From a virus (Duplodnaviria; Caudoviricetes): 43,535 nt of DNA. This document shows, in pieces, positions 1 to 9,488 of the stretch. The notes under the pieces are model-generated. The model made no database searches. It worked only from the letters and a program-made list of their open reading frames with translations, and was not told the DNA's origin. Position 1 is the first letter of the stretch; each line of letters begins with the position of its first letter. Both the position numbers and the translations under genes were made by a program. The stretch covers positions 1 through 43,535 of IMG/VR virus record IMGVR_UViG_3300012942_000016; one strand, given 5' to 3'.

Positions 1-123
1 AGGATGAATCAAATCCTGAGCAGGATCCGCTTGACGATGATTCGGCAGGCTCGGACGATGAAGCGGATGGGAATGAATGGGATGAAGATGACGACGGAGA
101 CGAGGACGAGGACAAGGACGATG
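1..123. repeat. 123-bp terminal direct repeat, identical to 43413-43535; indicates a circular or circularly permuted assembly
   Basis: aggatgaatcaaatcc...gacaaggacgatg occurs at both ends, and an ORF runs continuously across the junction. Confidence 0.95.
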
Positions 124-161
124 AAGGGGATAACGACGAGGACGAGGACGAGGTAGAATAG
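1..161 (+). CDS. 3' part of a very acidic 110-aa protein that starts at 43241 and spans the junction
   Basis: Frame continues ...DDDSAGSDDEADGNEWDEDDDGDEDEDKDDEGDNDEDEDEVE, then TAG at 159-161; 172+161 = 333 nt. Confidence 0.8.
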   Translation, partial: DESNPEQDPLDDDSAGSDDEADGNEWDEDDDGDEDEDKDDEGDNDEDEDEVE

Positions 162-195
162 TGAGATGAAGATGAACAAGAATACTTCCACACGT

Positions 196-290
196 TCGAA
201 TACAGGAAAGGGCACGGGTTCTCATGATGGTGTTGCTGCGTGGAAGCGGCGTTCGCTGGCTATGAGTCCTGTGCCCTTTCCTGTATTCGA
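196..290. repeat. Long inverted repeat/hairpin upstream of the primase gene
   Basis: tcgaatacaggaaagggcac (196-215) is the perfect reverse complement of 271-290; the stem extends inward with G:U pairs to 225/262. Confidence 0.85.
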
Positions 291-414
291 GCAGGGCGAC
301 CCTCGCGGGTTGCTCCGAAGGAGCGGTCAATGACACAAAAAGACATCGCGCACTGATGACCTATGGCAGCGGACCGTTCCTTCGGAGCAGCGCACGAACG
401 CGCATGCGACCAAG

Positions 415-2823
415 ATGCCAGCACTCAAAAAGCACAGATTCCTCGATAGCTTCCCGGACCACTGCTATCGGTACATAGACCAGACCGGAGAAGGACGCGC
501 GCCCGTATCGAGCGAGAGGCGGCGTGATGACCTGAACCGGAAAGGGTACGAGGCGTACTTCACGGTAAACGGCTTCAAAGGAGCGCCGAACGCGCAGAAG
601 GAGAATTGCACGTCTATCAATGCGTTCTTCATCGACATCGACGGGCGCAAGGATCCGGATGAGATAGCCGCTATCAAGGAACGTCTCATGCCGACGTACG
701 TTCTCGAGACCAAGAACGGATATCACATCTATTGGCTCCTCGATGAGCCGCTGTTCCGCGATGACTTCACCGATGACGCGTGGGAAGCCGCCGTCGAGCG
801 CTGGGAGCGCATCGAGGCGGATATCGTCGCGACGCTCAAAGCCGATCCCGTCGTGAAGGACCTCACGCGCATCATGCGCCAGCCCGGGACGTACTATTGG
901 AAGAAAAGCGGCGACGCGTACAAGAACGGGGTCGCTGCCGCGCCGTTCCGCATCAAAGGGCTCCATAAAGAGCTGAGCGCCCGCTATTCAATGGACGAGG
1001 TCGAGGACGCGTTCCCGCAGCTCGCCGAATCGGTGCCGGAATTCCCTAAGACGCAGGAAGGCGACCGGATGAGGAAGTACGCGGACGCGGAGCGCAAAAA
1101 CTTCTTCGATCTCGTGAACCGGCACTATCCTATCGAAGAGCGCCCGTCGTTCATCCGGCTCCTCAACGGCTCGGACGACTCTGTGCTGCCGCGCGAGAAC
1201 TGCGCGAATTCCGCGCTCCTGGTGACGGCGAGCCTCATGCGCGAGGCGGGGTGGACGAAGGCGCAGGCGATGAAGCATTTCGAGGATACGGGATGGCACG
1301 GCATCGAGAAGGAGCGCGGCGGCATGCAGGAGATACGTAACACGGTGAATTCGGCATTCCGCTCCGGCTACACATTCTCCTATAAGAACGAGTTCATCTC
1401 GTTCCTCATGACGCCGGAAGAACAGATGAAGATCCAAGCGGCGTATACGGCCGTGGCGAAGGCGCGGAAGGAAACCGACAAGACGCGCTTCAGCAATTAC
1501 GAGATCGAGGTGCGCTCGCGCTATCCGTACCTGAAGAAGAACGAAGCAGGCGTCTTCTTCAATTATGTGGACGGTGTATACAAGATGATCTCGGACCAAG
1601 ATGTGTCCGGCATCATACTGAATATGCTCTATGAGGATATGCTCTGGGGCTACCGCACGAAAAAGTTCGTGGCCGACAAAGTGGCCTGCCTCCTTTCGAT
1701 CATTCCGGATCTCGAACTGACCGATGACAAAGGCGATTGGTTCAACGTGCGCAACGGCCTCTTGCAGCTCTCTACGGGTATCCTGCATCCACATACGCCG
1801 GACTTCGTCTCGCTCGTGCAGTCGCCCGTCGCCTATAATCCGAATGCCGATTGCCGCGTATGGCTCGAATGCCTCGACGCCTGGATGCGCGGACCGGAAG
1901 CGACGGAGAAGAAGCTCGTGCTGCAGCAGTTCGCGGGATATTTACTCACTAGCTCAATGGTATATGCTAAGGCACTATTTTTGGTTGGAGATGGAGGAAA
2001 CGGAAAGTCGACCTTTGCGGATACTATCTCAATGGTCATTGGAGAAGAGGGAACAAGTCGCATCGATCTCGAAGACCTCTATGGCACATTCGGCCTCAAA
2101 GGGCTCATCGGAAAGCGCCTCAACGTCATCGAGGAGGTCAGCGGGAACTACTACCAGGCGCACAAGCTGAAGAAGCTCGTGTCCGGCGAATCCCTGACCA
2201 TCAACATGAAGTTCAAGGATCAGTTCAAATTCGCGCCCACCGCCAAGTTCATCTTCGCGGTGAACACGATGCCGCGCGTCGACGACTCATCGTCCGCGAC
2301 CGAGCGTCGCATGATGGTCGTAGAGTTCAATAACAATTTCCGGGATAATCCGAACACGCTGCTGCGCTTCTCCGATGGCATCCTGGCTTCCGAACTTTCC
2401 GGCATCCTGAACTGGATGCTTGAAGGGTACCGGTCGCTCATGAAAGAACAGCGGTTCACCGTCACGCAAGAACAGCAGCAGGCGCTTGCCGAGTACCGCG
2501 AAGAGAATTCGTCGGTCGACGGGTTCATCGCGGAATGCCTCTCGTTCGACGATTCGAAGGTTCTCGAAACGACCGCGAAGCTCTATAGCGATTACCGCGA
2601 CTACTGCATGAAGGATGGCCGAAAGTTCAAGAGCGCGATCGCGTTCACGAAGGAGATGAAGGCGTACGGCCTGCGCACGGGGAAATTCTCGTACATCCCG
2701 CGTACCTCGACGCACGGCTCCGGGTTCTTCCGGGGCGCGAAGACCATCACGAAGTGGGATGAGGAGTTCGGCGTGGTGCCGGAGGAATCGGAACAGCATT
2801 ATCAGGATGACGACGTATTATGA
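415..2823 (+). CDS. AEP/RepB-type primase fused to a D5/P4-alpha-like SF3 helicase with a C-terminal winged helix
   Basis: FFIDID, ETKNGYHIYW and RIMRQPG primase motifs; D5_N-like FNVRNGLL...PHTPD; Walker A GDGGNGKS, Walker B VIEE, motif C FAVNTMP; C-terminal LYSDYRDYC...F. Confidence 0.9.
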   Translation: MPALKKHRFLDSFPDHCYRYIDQTGEGRAPVSSERRRDDLNRKGYEAYFTVNGFKGAPNAQKENCTSINAFFIDIDGRKDPDEIAAIKERLMPTYVLETKNGYHIYWLLDEPLFRDDFTDDAWEAAVERWERIEADIVATLKADPVVKDLTRIMRQPGTYYWKKSGDAYKNGVAAAPFRIKGLHKELSARYSMDEVEDAFPQLAESVPEFPKTQEGDRMRKYADAERKNFFDLVNRHYPIEERPSFIRLLNGSDDSVLPRENCANSALLVTASLMREAGWTKAQAMKHFEDTGWHGIEKERGGMQEIRNTVNSAFRSGYTFSYKNEFISFLMTPEEQMKIQAAYTAVAKARKETDKTRFSNYEIEVRSRYPYLKKNEAGVFFNYVDGVYKMISDQDVSGIILNMLYEDMLWGYRTKKFVADKVACLLSIIPDLELTDDKGDWFNVRNGLLQLSTGILHPHTPDFVSLVQSPVAYNPNADCRVWLECLDAWMRGPEATEKKLVLQQFAGYLLTSSMVYAKALFLVGDGGNGKSTFADTISMVIGEEGTSRIDLEDLYGTFGLKGLIGKRLNVIEEVSGNYYQAHKLKKLVSGESLTINMKFKDQFKFAPTAKFIFAVNTMPRVDDSSSATERRMMVVEFNNNFRDNPNTLLRFSDGILASELSGILNWMLEGYRSLMKEQRFTVTQEQQQALAEYREENSSVDGFIAECLSFDDSKVLETTAKLYSDYRDYCMKDGRKFKSAIAFTKEMKAYGLRTGKFSYIPRTSTHGSGFFRGAKTITKWDEEFGVVPEESEQHYQDDDVL

Positions 2824-4013
2824 AGAAGAAAGGAATAACGGTCTTATCATTGTTCGATGGCATATCTTGCGCTCGCGTAGCGCTCGAACGTGCAGGGATA
2901 CCGGTGAAAGCGTACTATGCGAGCGAGATCGATATGCACGCCATGCTGGTGAGCCGAAAGAACTGGCCGGATATCATCCAGCTGGGAGATATCACGAGAC
3001 TCTGGGGCAGTCTCTTTCCGAAAGAGAGCGTCGACCTGCTCATCGGCGGATCTCCGTGCCAGGACCTCTCCCGCGCGAAACATGACGGGAAAGGACTTGA
3101 AGGAGAGCGTTCCGGGCTTTTCTACGAATACTTGCGCATTCTCAAGACTGTGAAGCCGCGCTTTTTCATACTCGAGAATGTCGCCAGCATGAAGCGGGAA
3201 TATCGCGACATTATCACGAAGGAGCTGGGCGTCGAGCCAATCATGATAGACGCCGCACTTGTGAGTGCGCAAACGCGTAAGCGATACTTCTGGACGAACA
3301 TACCTGGTATCACGCTCCCGGAAGACCGAGGCATCCTGCTGAAGGATATCGCGGAAGACTCGCAAGCAGTCATGCTTACCGAACGCCGGACGGAGGAGGC
3401 TAAGAGGATACGTGCGAAGCACAAGGCTCGGACTGGTAAGGACTTCACGCCTCGCCGCGCACGGGAACTCGTGAGCCGTAAGGATGGGAAAGCGAACACG
3501 CTAACGAGGAGCCAGAGCCAGGAATCGTGGCTGCTGATTCCTGAAAAGCCGACCAGACCCGTGCTCGTGGGGAAGCTGAAGGGGACGAATGGAGGTCAAG
3601 GATCGCGCATCTACAGTGCGAACGGCAAGAGCATCACGCTCCCATCACACACCGGCGGGAACAAGACCGGCTTGTACGAGACGTTGCCGGACGGCAGGCT
3701 CCTCGTGCGCGAAGCGACGAAGAAGGAGTACGCGATAGCGGAGGAAGGCGACAGCGTCGATACCAGCTTCCCGAACTCTACCACGCGCCGAGGGCGCGTG
3801 GGCAAGAAAGCGAAAACGCTCATGACGAGCACGCACATAGGCATCTACCAGCGTGGCGAGGTGCGACCGCTGACGCCCGTGGAGTGCGAGCGCTTGCAAT
3901 CGCTCCCTGACGGCTACACGGAGGGCATACCGAAATCGCACCGCATCGCCGTATGCGGGAACGCGTTCAATGTGGAAGTGGTTGTTCACATCCTAAGAGA
4001 CATGAAACTATGA
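2820..4013 (+). CDS. DNA cytosine-C5 methyltransferase
   Basis: Motif I SLFDG, motif IV GGSPCQD, motif VI ENV, QTRKRYFW, C-terminal LTPVECERLQ...GNAF. Confidence 0.93.
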   Translation: MKKKGITVLSLFDGISCARVALERAGIPVKAYYASEIDMHAMLVSRKNWPDIIQLGDITRLWGSLFPKESVDLLIGGSPCQDLSRAKHDGKGLEGERSGLFYEYLRILKTVKPRFFILENVASMKREYRDIITKELGVEPIMIDAALVSAQTRKRYFWTNIPGITLPEDRGILLKDIAEDSQAVMLTERRTEEAKRIRAKHKARTGKDFTPRRARELVSRKDGKANTLTRSQSQESWLLIPEKPTRPVLVGKLKGTNGGQGSRIYSANGKSITLPSHTGGNKTGLYETLPDGRLLVREATKKEYAIAEEGDSVDTSFPNSTTRRGRVGKKAKTLMTSTHIGIYQRGEVRPLTPVECERLQSLPDGYTEGIPKSHRIAVCGNAFNVEVVVHILRDMKL

Positions 4014-4234
4014 ACAAGCGAATCTGGCCTGACCACATTAGGAATATCTACGGGACTCCCGCAGAGTTCCGTAAAAAGAAGCGTCTCGAGGTACGTGTCG
4101 CAGAGAGAGCGTTGCTTCAGTTATTAAGAGGATGCGCATTCACTCAGGGTGGTCGAGACATCGTCATCGCGCTCAATGCTATCCGCGAGGCGAAAAAGAA
4201 ACTTAGTGTTAAGAACTTCCATAAGATGTTATGA
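4010..4234 (+). CDS. Hypothetical basic protein
   Basis: ATGA overlaps with both neighbours; start MNKRIW. Confidence 0.6.
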   Translation: MNKRIWPDHIRNIYGTPAEFRKKKRLEVRVAERALLQLLRGCAFTQGGRDIVIALNAIREAKKKLSVKNFHKML

Positions 4235-4443
4235 AAAAAGACGAACATCCGCTCGACTATATCCTTCGCATGCGAAAGCCGAAGGAGCAAGATCTCGATA
4301 ACGCATTCGACCTGGTCTGTTCGATGAACTATCTCGCCGGGCGATTCAATAACGACATCACGGTCAATAAGAACCGTGAGGTGTGGCATAAGCTAAAAGA
4401 GCTGATACGGAAAGACAAACCCTCCCGTTCCAGTGGAGGATGA
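4231..4443 (+). CDS. Hypothetical protein
   Basis: ATGA-coupled ORF in the operon. Confidence 0.6.
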   Translation: MKKDEHPLDYILRMRKPKEQDLDNAFDLVCSMNYLAGRFNNDITVNKNREVWHKLKELIRKDKPSRSSGG

Positions 4444-4455
4444 CGATGACGTCCT

Positions 4456-4626
4456 ATGAAGACTCAATATTCAATGGTTCAATCAGAAGAAGAAGTGAGA
4501 AGAATTGAACGAGGTAAGCCAGATACTCTGGAGGTGCTACTAAGAAAGATGAAAGTGAACGAGATCTTGATGGAAGTCATTTTGTTTCTTCTGATTCTCC
4601 TGTTCCTAATTCGATTCGTCTTATGA
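4456..4626 (+). CDS. Small membrane protein (56 aa, not in the ORF track)
   Basis: MKTQYS...ILMEVILFLLILLFLIRFVL; stop overlaps the helicase ATG. Confidence 0.55.
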   Translation: MKTQYSMVQSEEEVRRIERGKPDTLEVLLRKMKVNEILMEVILFLLILLFLIRFVL

Positions 4627-5897
4627 AATACGAGCTCCTGAAAATCCAGCAGCAAATCATCGACGAGAACAAGATGCACACCGGCATCTTCCTAGGAACT
4701 GGCGTGGGTAAGACGCTGACTGCACTCATGCTCGCAACCGGTCGTATCCTCGTCATCGCGCAGAAGCAGCAGATGCTTGATAAGACATGGCAGAAGAACG
4801 GTGAAAAATTCGGACTCGGCAAGGACATCACCGTCATCAACTACGACATGTTCTGGCGTCATCCTGAGGACTGGCAGCGGTTCGATACGGTGATTCTCGA
4901 TGAGGGGCATCGCGCGCTCGGCGTGCTTCCGGAGACGCGGCAGCGCAACCGCGTGCAGATTCCGAAAGCGTCGAAGACGTTCGAGGCAATCCTCAAGTAC
5001 CTGCACGATTTCCCGCCGGAACGATTCTACATCTGCACCGCGACGCCGAAAGGGAAGCCGATGAATGTATGGGCTGCAGCGAAGCTCTTCGGAAAGAGCT
5101 GGGATTTTTACCGGTTCCGCGATGCGTTCTATTATCCGGTGATGATGGGACGTCATCAGAGATGGCTCGAACGAAAGGATGACGCGACGCAAGAGCGCCT
5201 CGCGCTTGCCGTGCAGAAACTCGGCTATACGGGTTCGCTTCAGGATTTCATGGATGTGCCGGAGCAGACGCACCAGGAGGTACGTATCATGCTCACTGAC
5301 GAGCAGAAACGCGCGCTCAAGCAGCTCGACCAGGAGGAAGCCGATCCATTGGTGCGACGCGCCAGGATGCGCACCATCGAGAACGGCATCCTGTACGGGA
5401 ATAAGATAGAGTCGATGAACGAGACGGAAGGCCGGCTCGTGAAAGATACGCAGCATTTCAAGAACGGAAAGATAGACTACATCATCGAGCGCGCGCAGGA
5501 GTTTCCGAAACTCTTCGTGTTCGCGGCGTATACCGCGCAGGTTGAGGCGATAGCGGCCGCTCTGCGCAGTGAGGGGTACGAGGTGCGTACCGTGACGGGG
5601 CAGACGAATGACCGGGCCACGATCTTCAGCGAGATGGAATCGATGGAGAAAGGCATCATCGTGGTCGCTGCGCAGATCTGCGAAGGGTACCGGGTGCCGA
5701 GCGCTCCGTGCATGATATTTGCGTCGAAGTCGAATCGCTTCGTGTTCTACGATCAGGGGAAAGGCCGCATCCTCGATAGCCAGCACCTCAAGAAGAACCT
5801 GTATCTCCACCTCGTCGTGCCAGGTGGGGCAGACCAGGCATGCCATGACGCTATAATAAGCGGAGCGGATTTTCAGGAACGTCTTTCCGTCTTATGA
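4623..5897 (+). CDS. Superfamily 2 (SNF2-like) helicase
   Basis: Walker A GTGVGKT, DEGH, motif III TATP, C-terminal QGKGRI. Confidence 0.88.
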   Translation: MKYELLKIQQQIIDENKMHTGIFLGTGVGKTLTALMLATGRILVIAQKQQMLDKTWQKNGEKFGLGKDITVINYDMFWRHPEDWQRFDTVILDEGHRALGVLPETRQRNRVQIPKASKTFEAILKYLHDFPPERFYICTATPKGKPMNVWAAAKLFGKSWDFYRFRDAFYYPVMMGRHQRWLERKDDATQERLALAVQKLGYTGSLQDFMDVPEQTHQEVRIMLTDEQKRALKQLDQEEADPLVRRARMRTIENGILYGNKIESMNETEGRLVKDTQHFKNGKIDYIIERAQEFPKLFVFAAYTAQVEAIAAALRSEGYEVRTVTGQTNDRATIFSEMESMEKGIIVVAAQICEGYRVPSAPCMIFASKSNRFVFYDQGKGRILDSQHLKKNLYLHLVVPGGADQACHDAIISGADFQERLSVL

Positions 5898-7048
5898 GAA
5901 TTTGCCAAGTGTGCGGAAATGAAAGAGAGACGAAAGATTCCAAAGCTACAATTATCAAAGATATTTGCGAAAGACATATGGATACCATCATCACACCTCA
6001 CGCATTCCCTAATCCGGGCGGACAGAAATTCGTCCCGGACGGAACCGAATACTCGCTCAGACTCGGTGCATCTGCAGGCGCTACGCCGAGCGTACTCATG
6101 CCGGACGCGTTCTTCAATCGTCCGCGCGTGTATTACCAGAAGCAGGAGCCGGATTGCGGAGCCAATGGGGGCGCGTTCATGGCGAGCTATCTTGACGAAC
6201 ATCCGCAGCAGATCTATTCGCCGGATGCGCAGTGGGTCGATATAAAGACCATCGACGGATTCCCGCCGTCTGCCGGTACGGACATGAAGAGCATCTTCAA
6301 GTCGCTCCTTTCCACCGGTTCGTTGCCTTACGCCATGCTTCCTGAACAGACGGATCTGCCGCTCGCGCAGTTCTCTGCACCGAGCCGTCTCACAAGTGCC
6401 ATGCGCGCAGAGATGAGCAATCACAAGATCGCCGCATACGGCTTCCATACCGGCGCGCTTACGATGCAAGACCTGAAAGACCTCATCTATCAGAACGGCT
6501 CGGTGCTCGTGCTCATCGAGCTCGGAGACGAGTTCTGGACTGACAAGAACGGTCGCAGCTCGTGGGCCGAGAAGGATATCCTTCCGCTGCGCACGCCGCA
6601 CCAGGTCGTCTCCGGCCATTTCATTGTGCTCGGCGCGTTCGATACGAATTACATCTATTTCGCGAATTGGTGGAGCGACCAATGGGGCCGGAAAGGATAC
6701 GGCTATCTCGGAGAGAACTATTTGCCGCAGATCGTGCAGGTTGGAACCATAGTCGATTCCGTCTCGAAAGTATCCGTTCCGTATTTCAATCGCGACCTCG
6801 CGCTCGATATGACCGGGAGCGACGTGACGGCGCTTCAGCGGTGGCTTAATGCGCAAGGGTTCCCGGTAGCGCCATCCGGGCATCCGGGTAGTGCAGGCAT
6901 GGAGACGACCTTCTACGGACCGGCGACCGATGGCGCGGTGAAAGAGCTGCAAGCTGCCGTCGGCATCGTATCGAGCGGAAACGAGACGACGACCGGATTC
7001 GGACGGTTCGGTCCGAAGACCCGCGAGTACGTCAACGCTCACCGATAG
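5894..7048 (+). CDS. Putative endolysin: papain-like (C1) cysteine peptidase plus peptidoglycan-binding domain
   Basis: Q..PDCG, GHF and ANWW catalytic-type motifs; C-terminal GSDVTALQRWLNAQGF...YGPATDGAVKELQ...FGPKT; true start may be the MDTIIT Met. Confidence 0.8.
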   Translation: MRICQVCGNERETKDSKATIIKDICERHMDTIITPHAFPNPGGQKFVPDGTEYSLRLGASAGATPSVLMPDAFFNRPRVYYQKQEPDCGANGGAFMASYLDEHPQQIYSPDAQWVDIKTIDGFPPSAGTDMKSIFKSLLSTGSLPYAMLPEQTDLPLAQFSAPSRLTSAMRAEMSNHKIAAYGFHTGALTMQDLKDLIYQNGSVLVLIELGDEFWTDKNGRSSWAEKDILPLRTPHQVVSGHFIVLGAFDTNYIYFANWWSDQWGRKGYGYLGENYLPQIVQVGTIVDSVSKVSVPYFNRDLALDMTGSDVTALQRWLNAQGFPVAPSGHPGSAGMETTFYGPATDGAVKELQAAVGIVSSGNETTTGFGRFGPKTREYVNAHR

Positions 7049-7049
7049 C

Positions 7050-7418
7050 ATGCTCGAATCAGCTGCCAACACGATACTCAATCGGTACCTTCGCGAGAAG
7101 CGCCTATACTGCTATTACGAGCTGAAAGTAGCGAGAGGGAACTCGTTCGCGTTCTCACGCATCGAGGAGCATCAGGATGAAGGGCTCATGTCGCTCGCGT
7201 ACAACGGACTTGTCTGGAAGCTCTCAGACCAAGACAGCAGGAAGAAGCCGTGCGACGGATTCTGCGCACCCCCGCTTCCAGCCTATCTCGTCATTAGGTT
7301 CAGGAAATCCTACTATCTCATACGGTACGAGGAGATACGGAAGCTCATGAACGACGGGCACAGATCTATTACGGAAAAAGAAGCCTTGTTCCTGGCTGAA
7401 CGGGTTTTCCACACCTAG
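7050..7418 (+). CDS. RecU-like PD-(D/E)XK nuclease, possible Holliday junction resolvase
   Basis: YELK..G.SF.FSRI..HQ, KPCD and YLVIRF segments resemble RecU-family motifs. Confidence 0.55.
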   Translation: MLESAANTILNRYLREKRLYCYYELKVARGNSFAFSRIEEHQDEGLMSLAYNGLVWKLSDQDSRKKPCDGFCAPPLPAYLVIRFRKSYYLIRYEEIRKLMNDGHRSITEKEALFLAERVFHT

Positions 7419-7449
7419 GATTGACGGCGACAGCGACATAGACTATCAT
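7405..7449 (+). promoter_or_regulatory. Promoter P1: DnaA-box-like 9-mer plus TTGACG-17-TATCAT with GCGACAGCGACA in the spacer
   Basis: TTTTCCACA 7405-7413; -35 at 7421-7426; -10 at 7444-7449. Confidence 0.8.
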
Positions 7450-7483
7450 GGAGAGGTAATCGATTACAAGGCGTAAGAACAGT

Positions 7484-7669
7484 ATGAATCAATCAGCAAC
7501 ACAGAAGAAGCCGACGCAGATGCATCGCGTGAACACGCGGATATTCGCGCACCAGGACGAATTCATCAAGAACGAGGTGAAGAAGTCGAAAGGCGCGCTT
7601 ACCGAGGGCGAAGTCACGCGTCAGCTGCTCGACGAAGCCATTATCAGCCGTAAGAATAACGAATCGTAG
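7484..7669 (+). CDS. Ribbon-helix-helix (Arc/CopG-like) DNA-binding protein
   Basis: 61 aa; beta strand HRVNTRI, helix HQDEFIKNEV, then TEGEVTRQLLDEAI. Confidence 0.65.
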   Translation: MNQSATQKKPTQMHRVNTRIFAHQDEFIKNEVKKSKGALTEGEVTRQLLDEAIISRKNNES

Positions 7670-7670
7670 T

Positions 7671-7970
7671 ATGGGAATAAGCAACGCGTATGCGGAATAC
7701 GCACAGCTCGACGCGGAGATTTCCGCGCTCGAGGCGAAGAAAGCGCAGCTGCGCCCGCATATCATCTCGATGATGCTCGAACAGGGTATCGATAAGATCG
7801 ACATCGGCGTGGGCAAGTTCAGCGTCTCGCAGCTCAAGAGGTGGAAGTACCCTGAGAGCGTGAATGAGCTTGCCGAGCAGCTGAAAGCCGAGAAGGCGAA
7901 AGCCGAATCGACCGGCGACGCGACGTACGAGGAGTCGCCGTCGCTCCGCTACACGGTCGCGAAACCCTAA
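7671..7970 (+). CDS. Coiled-coil phage protein (Gp157/Gam-like)
   Basis: YAQLDAEISALEAKKAQLR...GKFSV...W pattern. Confidence 0.5.
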   Translation: MGISNAYAEYAQLDAEISALEAKKAQLRPHIISMMLEQGIDKIDIGVGKFSVSQLKRWKYPESVNELAEQLKAEKAKAESTGDATYEESPSLRYTVAKP

Positions 7971-8005
7971 GATAGGAATTACCAAGGATAGATAACAAGA
8001 ACAAA

Positions 8006-8626
8006 ATGGCTAACAAAACCGTCGCGGCAACGTCCGCAAAGAAGGTAAAGAAGGTCTCGGCACCGAAGCCCGCGAAAGTGGCAAAGCCGAAGAAGAAAGA
8101 TGGCGTCATCGATATGAAGGCAGACACCCGGTTCGTCTCCTTCGCCGTGCGCGCGGTCATTCCGGTACAGTCGTTCGGCAATATCCAGCCGGAAATCACG
8201 GTAGAGGCTCCGACGTTCGAGGAGGCGCGCGACTTCGCGATGCCGCATATCGAGGAGCTTTACGGGAAGTACGCGGAAGTGAAGCCCGGATTCCTCGGAA
8301 AGGTCAACGAGACCGTGAAGGTCGTCAGTGCAAGCGATGGAGCACCTGTTCAAGCGCCAAAATCGCCCCTCACGGCTCCTGGCAAGTCCCAGGCGTCCGA
8401 GATGTCATCTCAGGGCGTTCCGGCACCCGCAGAGGCGAATTCGGGCGTCGCAGAAGGTCCTAAGCCTGAATCCGTATTGCGCGCTGAACGGGCTATCGAA
8501 CGCGCGTCATCGGATATGGCGGCGCTGGCAATCCAGGACCAGATCGAGAAATCGGTGAAGATCCCGCCTGCGTACAAGCCTGCCCTTATCACGCTCGTCC
8601 TCGAGAAGCGCGGAACGTTCAAGTAG
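8006..8626 (+). CDS. Hypothetical protein with a Lys/Ala/Pro-rich N-terminus
   Basis: AKKVKKVSAPKPAKVAKPKKK, then a globular IPVQSFGNIQPEITV segment. Confidence 0.75.
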   Translation: MANKTVAATSAKKVKKVSAPKPAKVAKPKKKDGVIDMKADTRFVSFAVRAVIPVQSFGNIQPEITVEAPTFEEARDFAMPHIEELYGKYAEVKPGFLGKVNETVKVVSASDGAPVQAPKSPLTAPGKSQASEMSSQGVPAPAEANSGVAEGPKPESVLRAERAIERASSDMAALAIQDQIEKSVKIPPAYKPALITLVLEKRGTFK

Positions 8627-8632
8627 AGAGCC

Positions 8633-9488
8633 ATGAAGAGGATTCCCTACAAGGATACCTTCCTCACGTTCTATCACTACAAGGAGCCGCTCCGGAAAGC
8701 AGAGACAGGATTCGGATACCAGGGCGCGCTCCTCTCGACGATAGAAGGCGACAAGGTCATGTGCCATGTCTGCGGCGAGCTGTACGCCGATGTAGGACGC
8801 CACGCGATCAGCGCTCACAAGGAGACCGTGCCGACCGTGCGCGATTACAAGGAAATGTTCGGTCTTGCGTATTCGACACAGCTCATCTCCGAGTCAGAGC
8901 GCGACCGGAGGAAGATGATCCTCATAAAGCGATGGGCGAGTCTCTCTGATAAGGAGAAGAAAGAGATCCAGGCTCGCATGAAGAAGAATCTAGCCGAATG
9001 GTATAAGAAGCGCGAGGCGCATAGAAAGCAACCGAAGCAGGCTCTCGAGACGAAGAACAGGCGCGGTACGTGCCCAGACCAGCTTCTCGACAATATAATC
9101 AAATGCTCGGAGTCGCTCGGAAAGACGCCCACGAAGGCCGAGTTCATCGATTGGTGCGACGGGAGCCAGCGCTACGTGCACTTGATCTATAAGACGTTTG
9201 GCTCATGGACGAACGCGATTAAGAAGGCGGGTCTCATGGAACGCGAAAAAGTCCAGAACAACGAACGCCGTCGCCTTTCCGATGAAGAGCTTCTTGACTC
9301 ACTGTCCATCTTCTACCAGGAGAACGGTAAGGTTCCGAGCTATACCGATTCAAGGAGAGGATTGCTGCCTGATGCTGCGATATACGTCCGGAGATTCGGG
9401 TCGTTCTCGCAGGCTCGCAGGCTCGCAGGCTCGCAGGCTCGCAGGCATTACCAGCATCCCTACTCGGTGGGGAACCGTAGAAGCATGA
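8633..9488 (+). CDS. C2H2 (Ros/MucR-like) zinc finger plus homing-endonuclease-associated repeat protein; as assembled it is frameshifted by the 8-bp VNTR and reads through to 10033
   Basis: CHVCG...RHAISAH...YKEMFGL; two repeats ending FGSWTNAIKKAGL and FGSFSQARRLAG; natural-looking end AGITSIPTRWGTVEA-TGA(9488) lies in another frame. Confidence 0.7.
9406..9446 (+). repeat. Intragenic tandem repeat (CTCGCAGG)x5
   Basis: Five exact 8-bp units at 9406-9445 plus one C. Confidence 0.95.

Noticed and set aside
1-123. Biological direct terminal repeat
   Set aside because: It cuts through a coding sequence and has a length typical of an assembler overlap; it shows circularity, not virion ends.
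159-227. Stop-codon readthrough or recoding (acidic codons DEDEQE continue after TAG TGA)
   Set aside because: There are two different stops in tandem, and TAA, TAG and TGA all end well-supported genes elsewhere, including ATGA overlaps.
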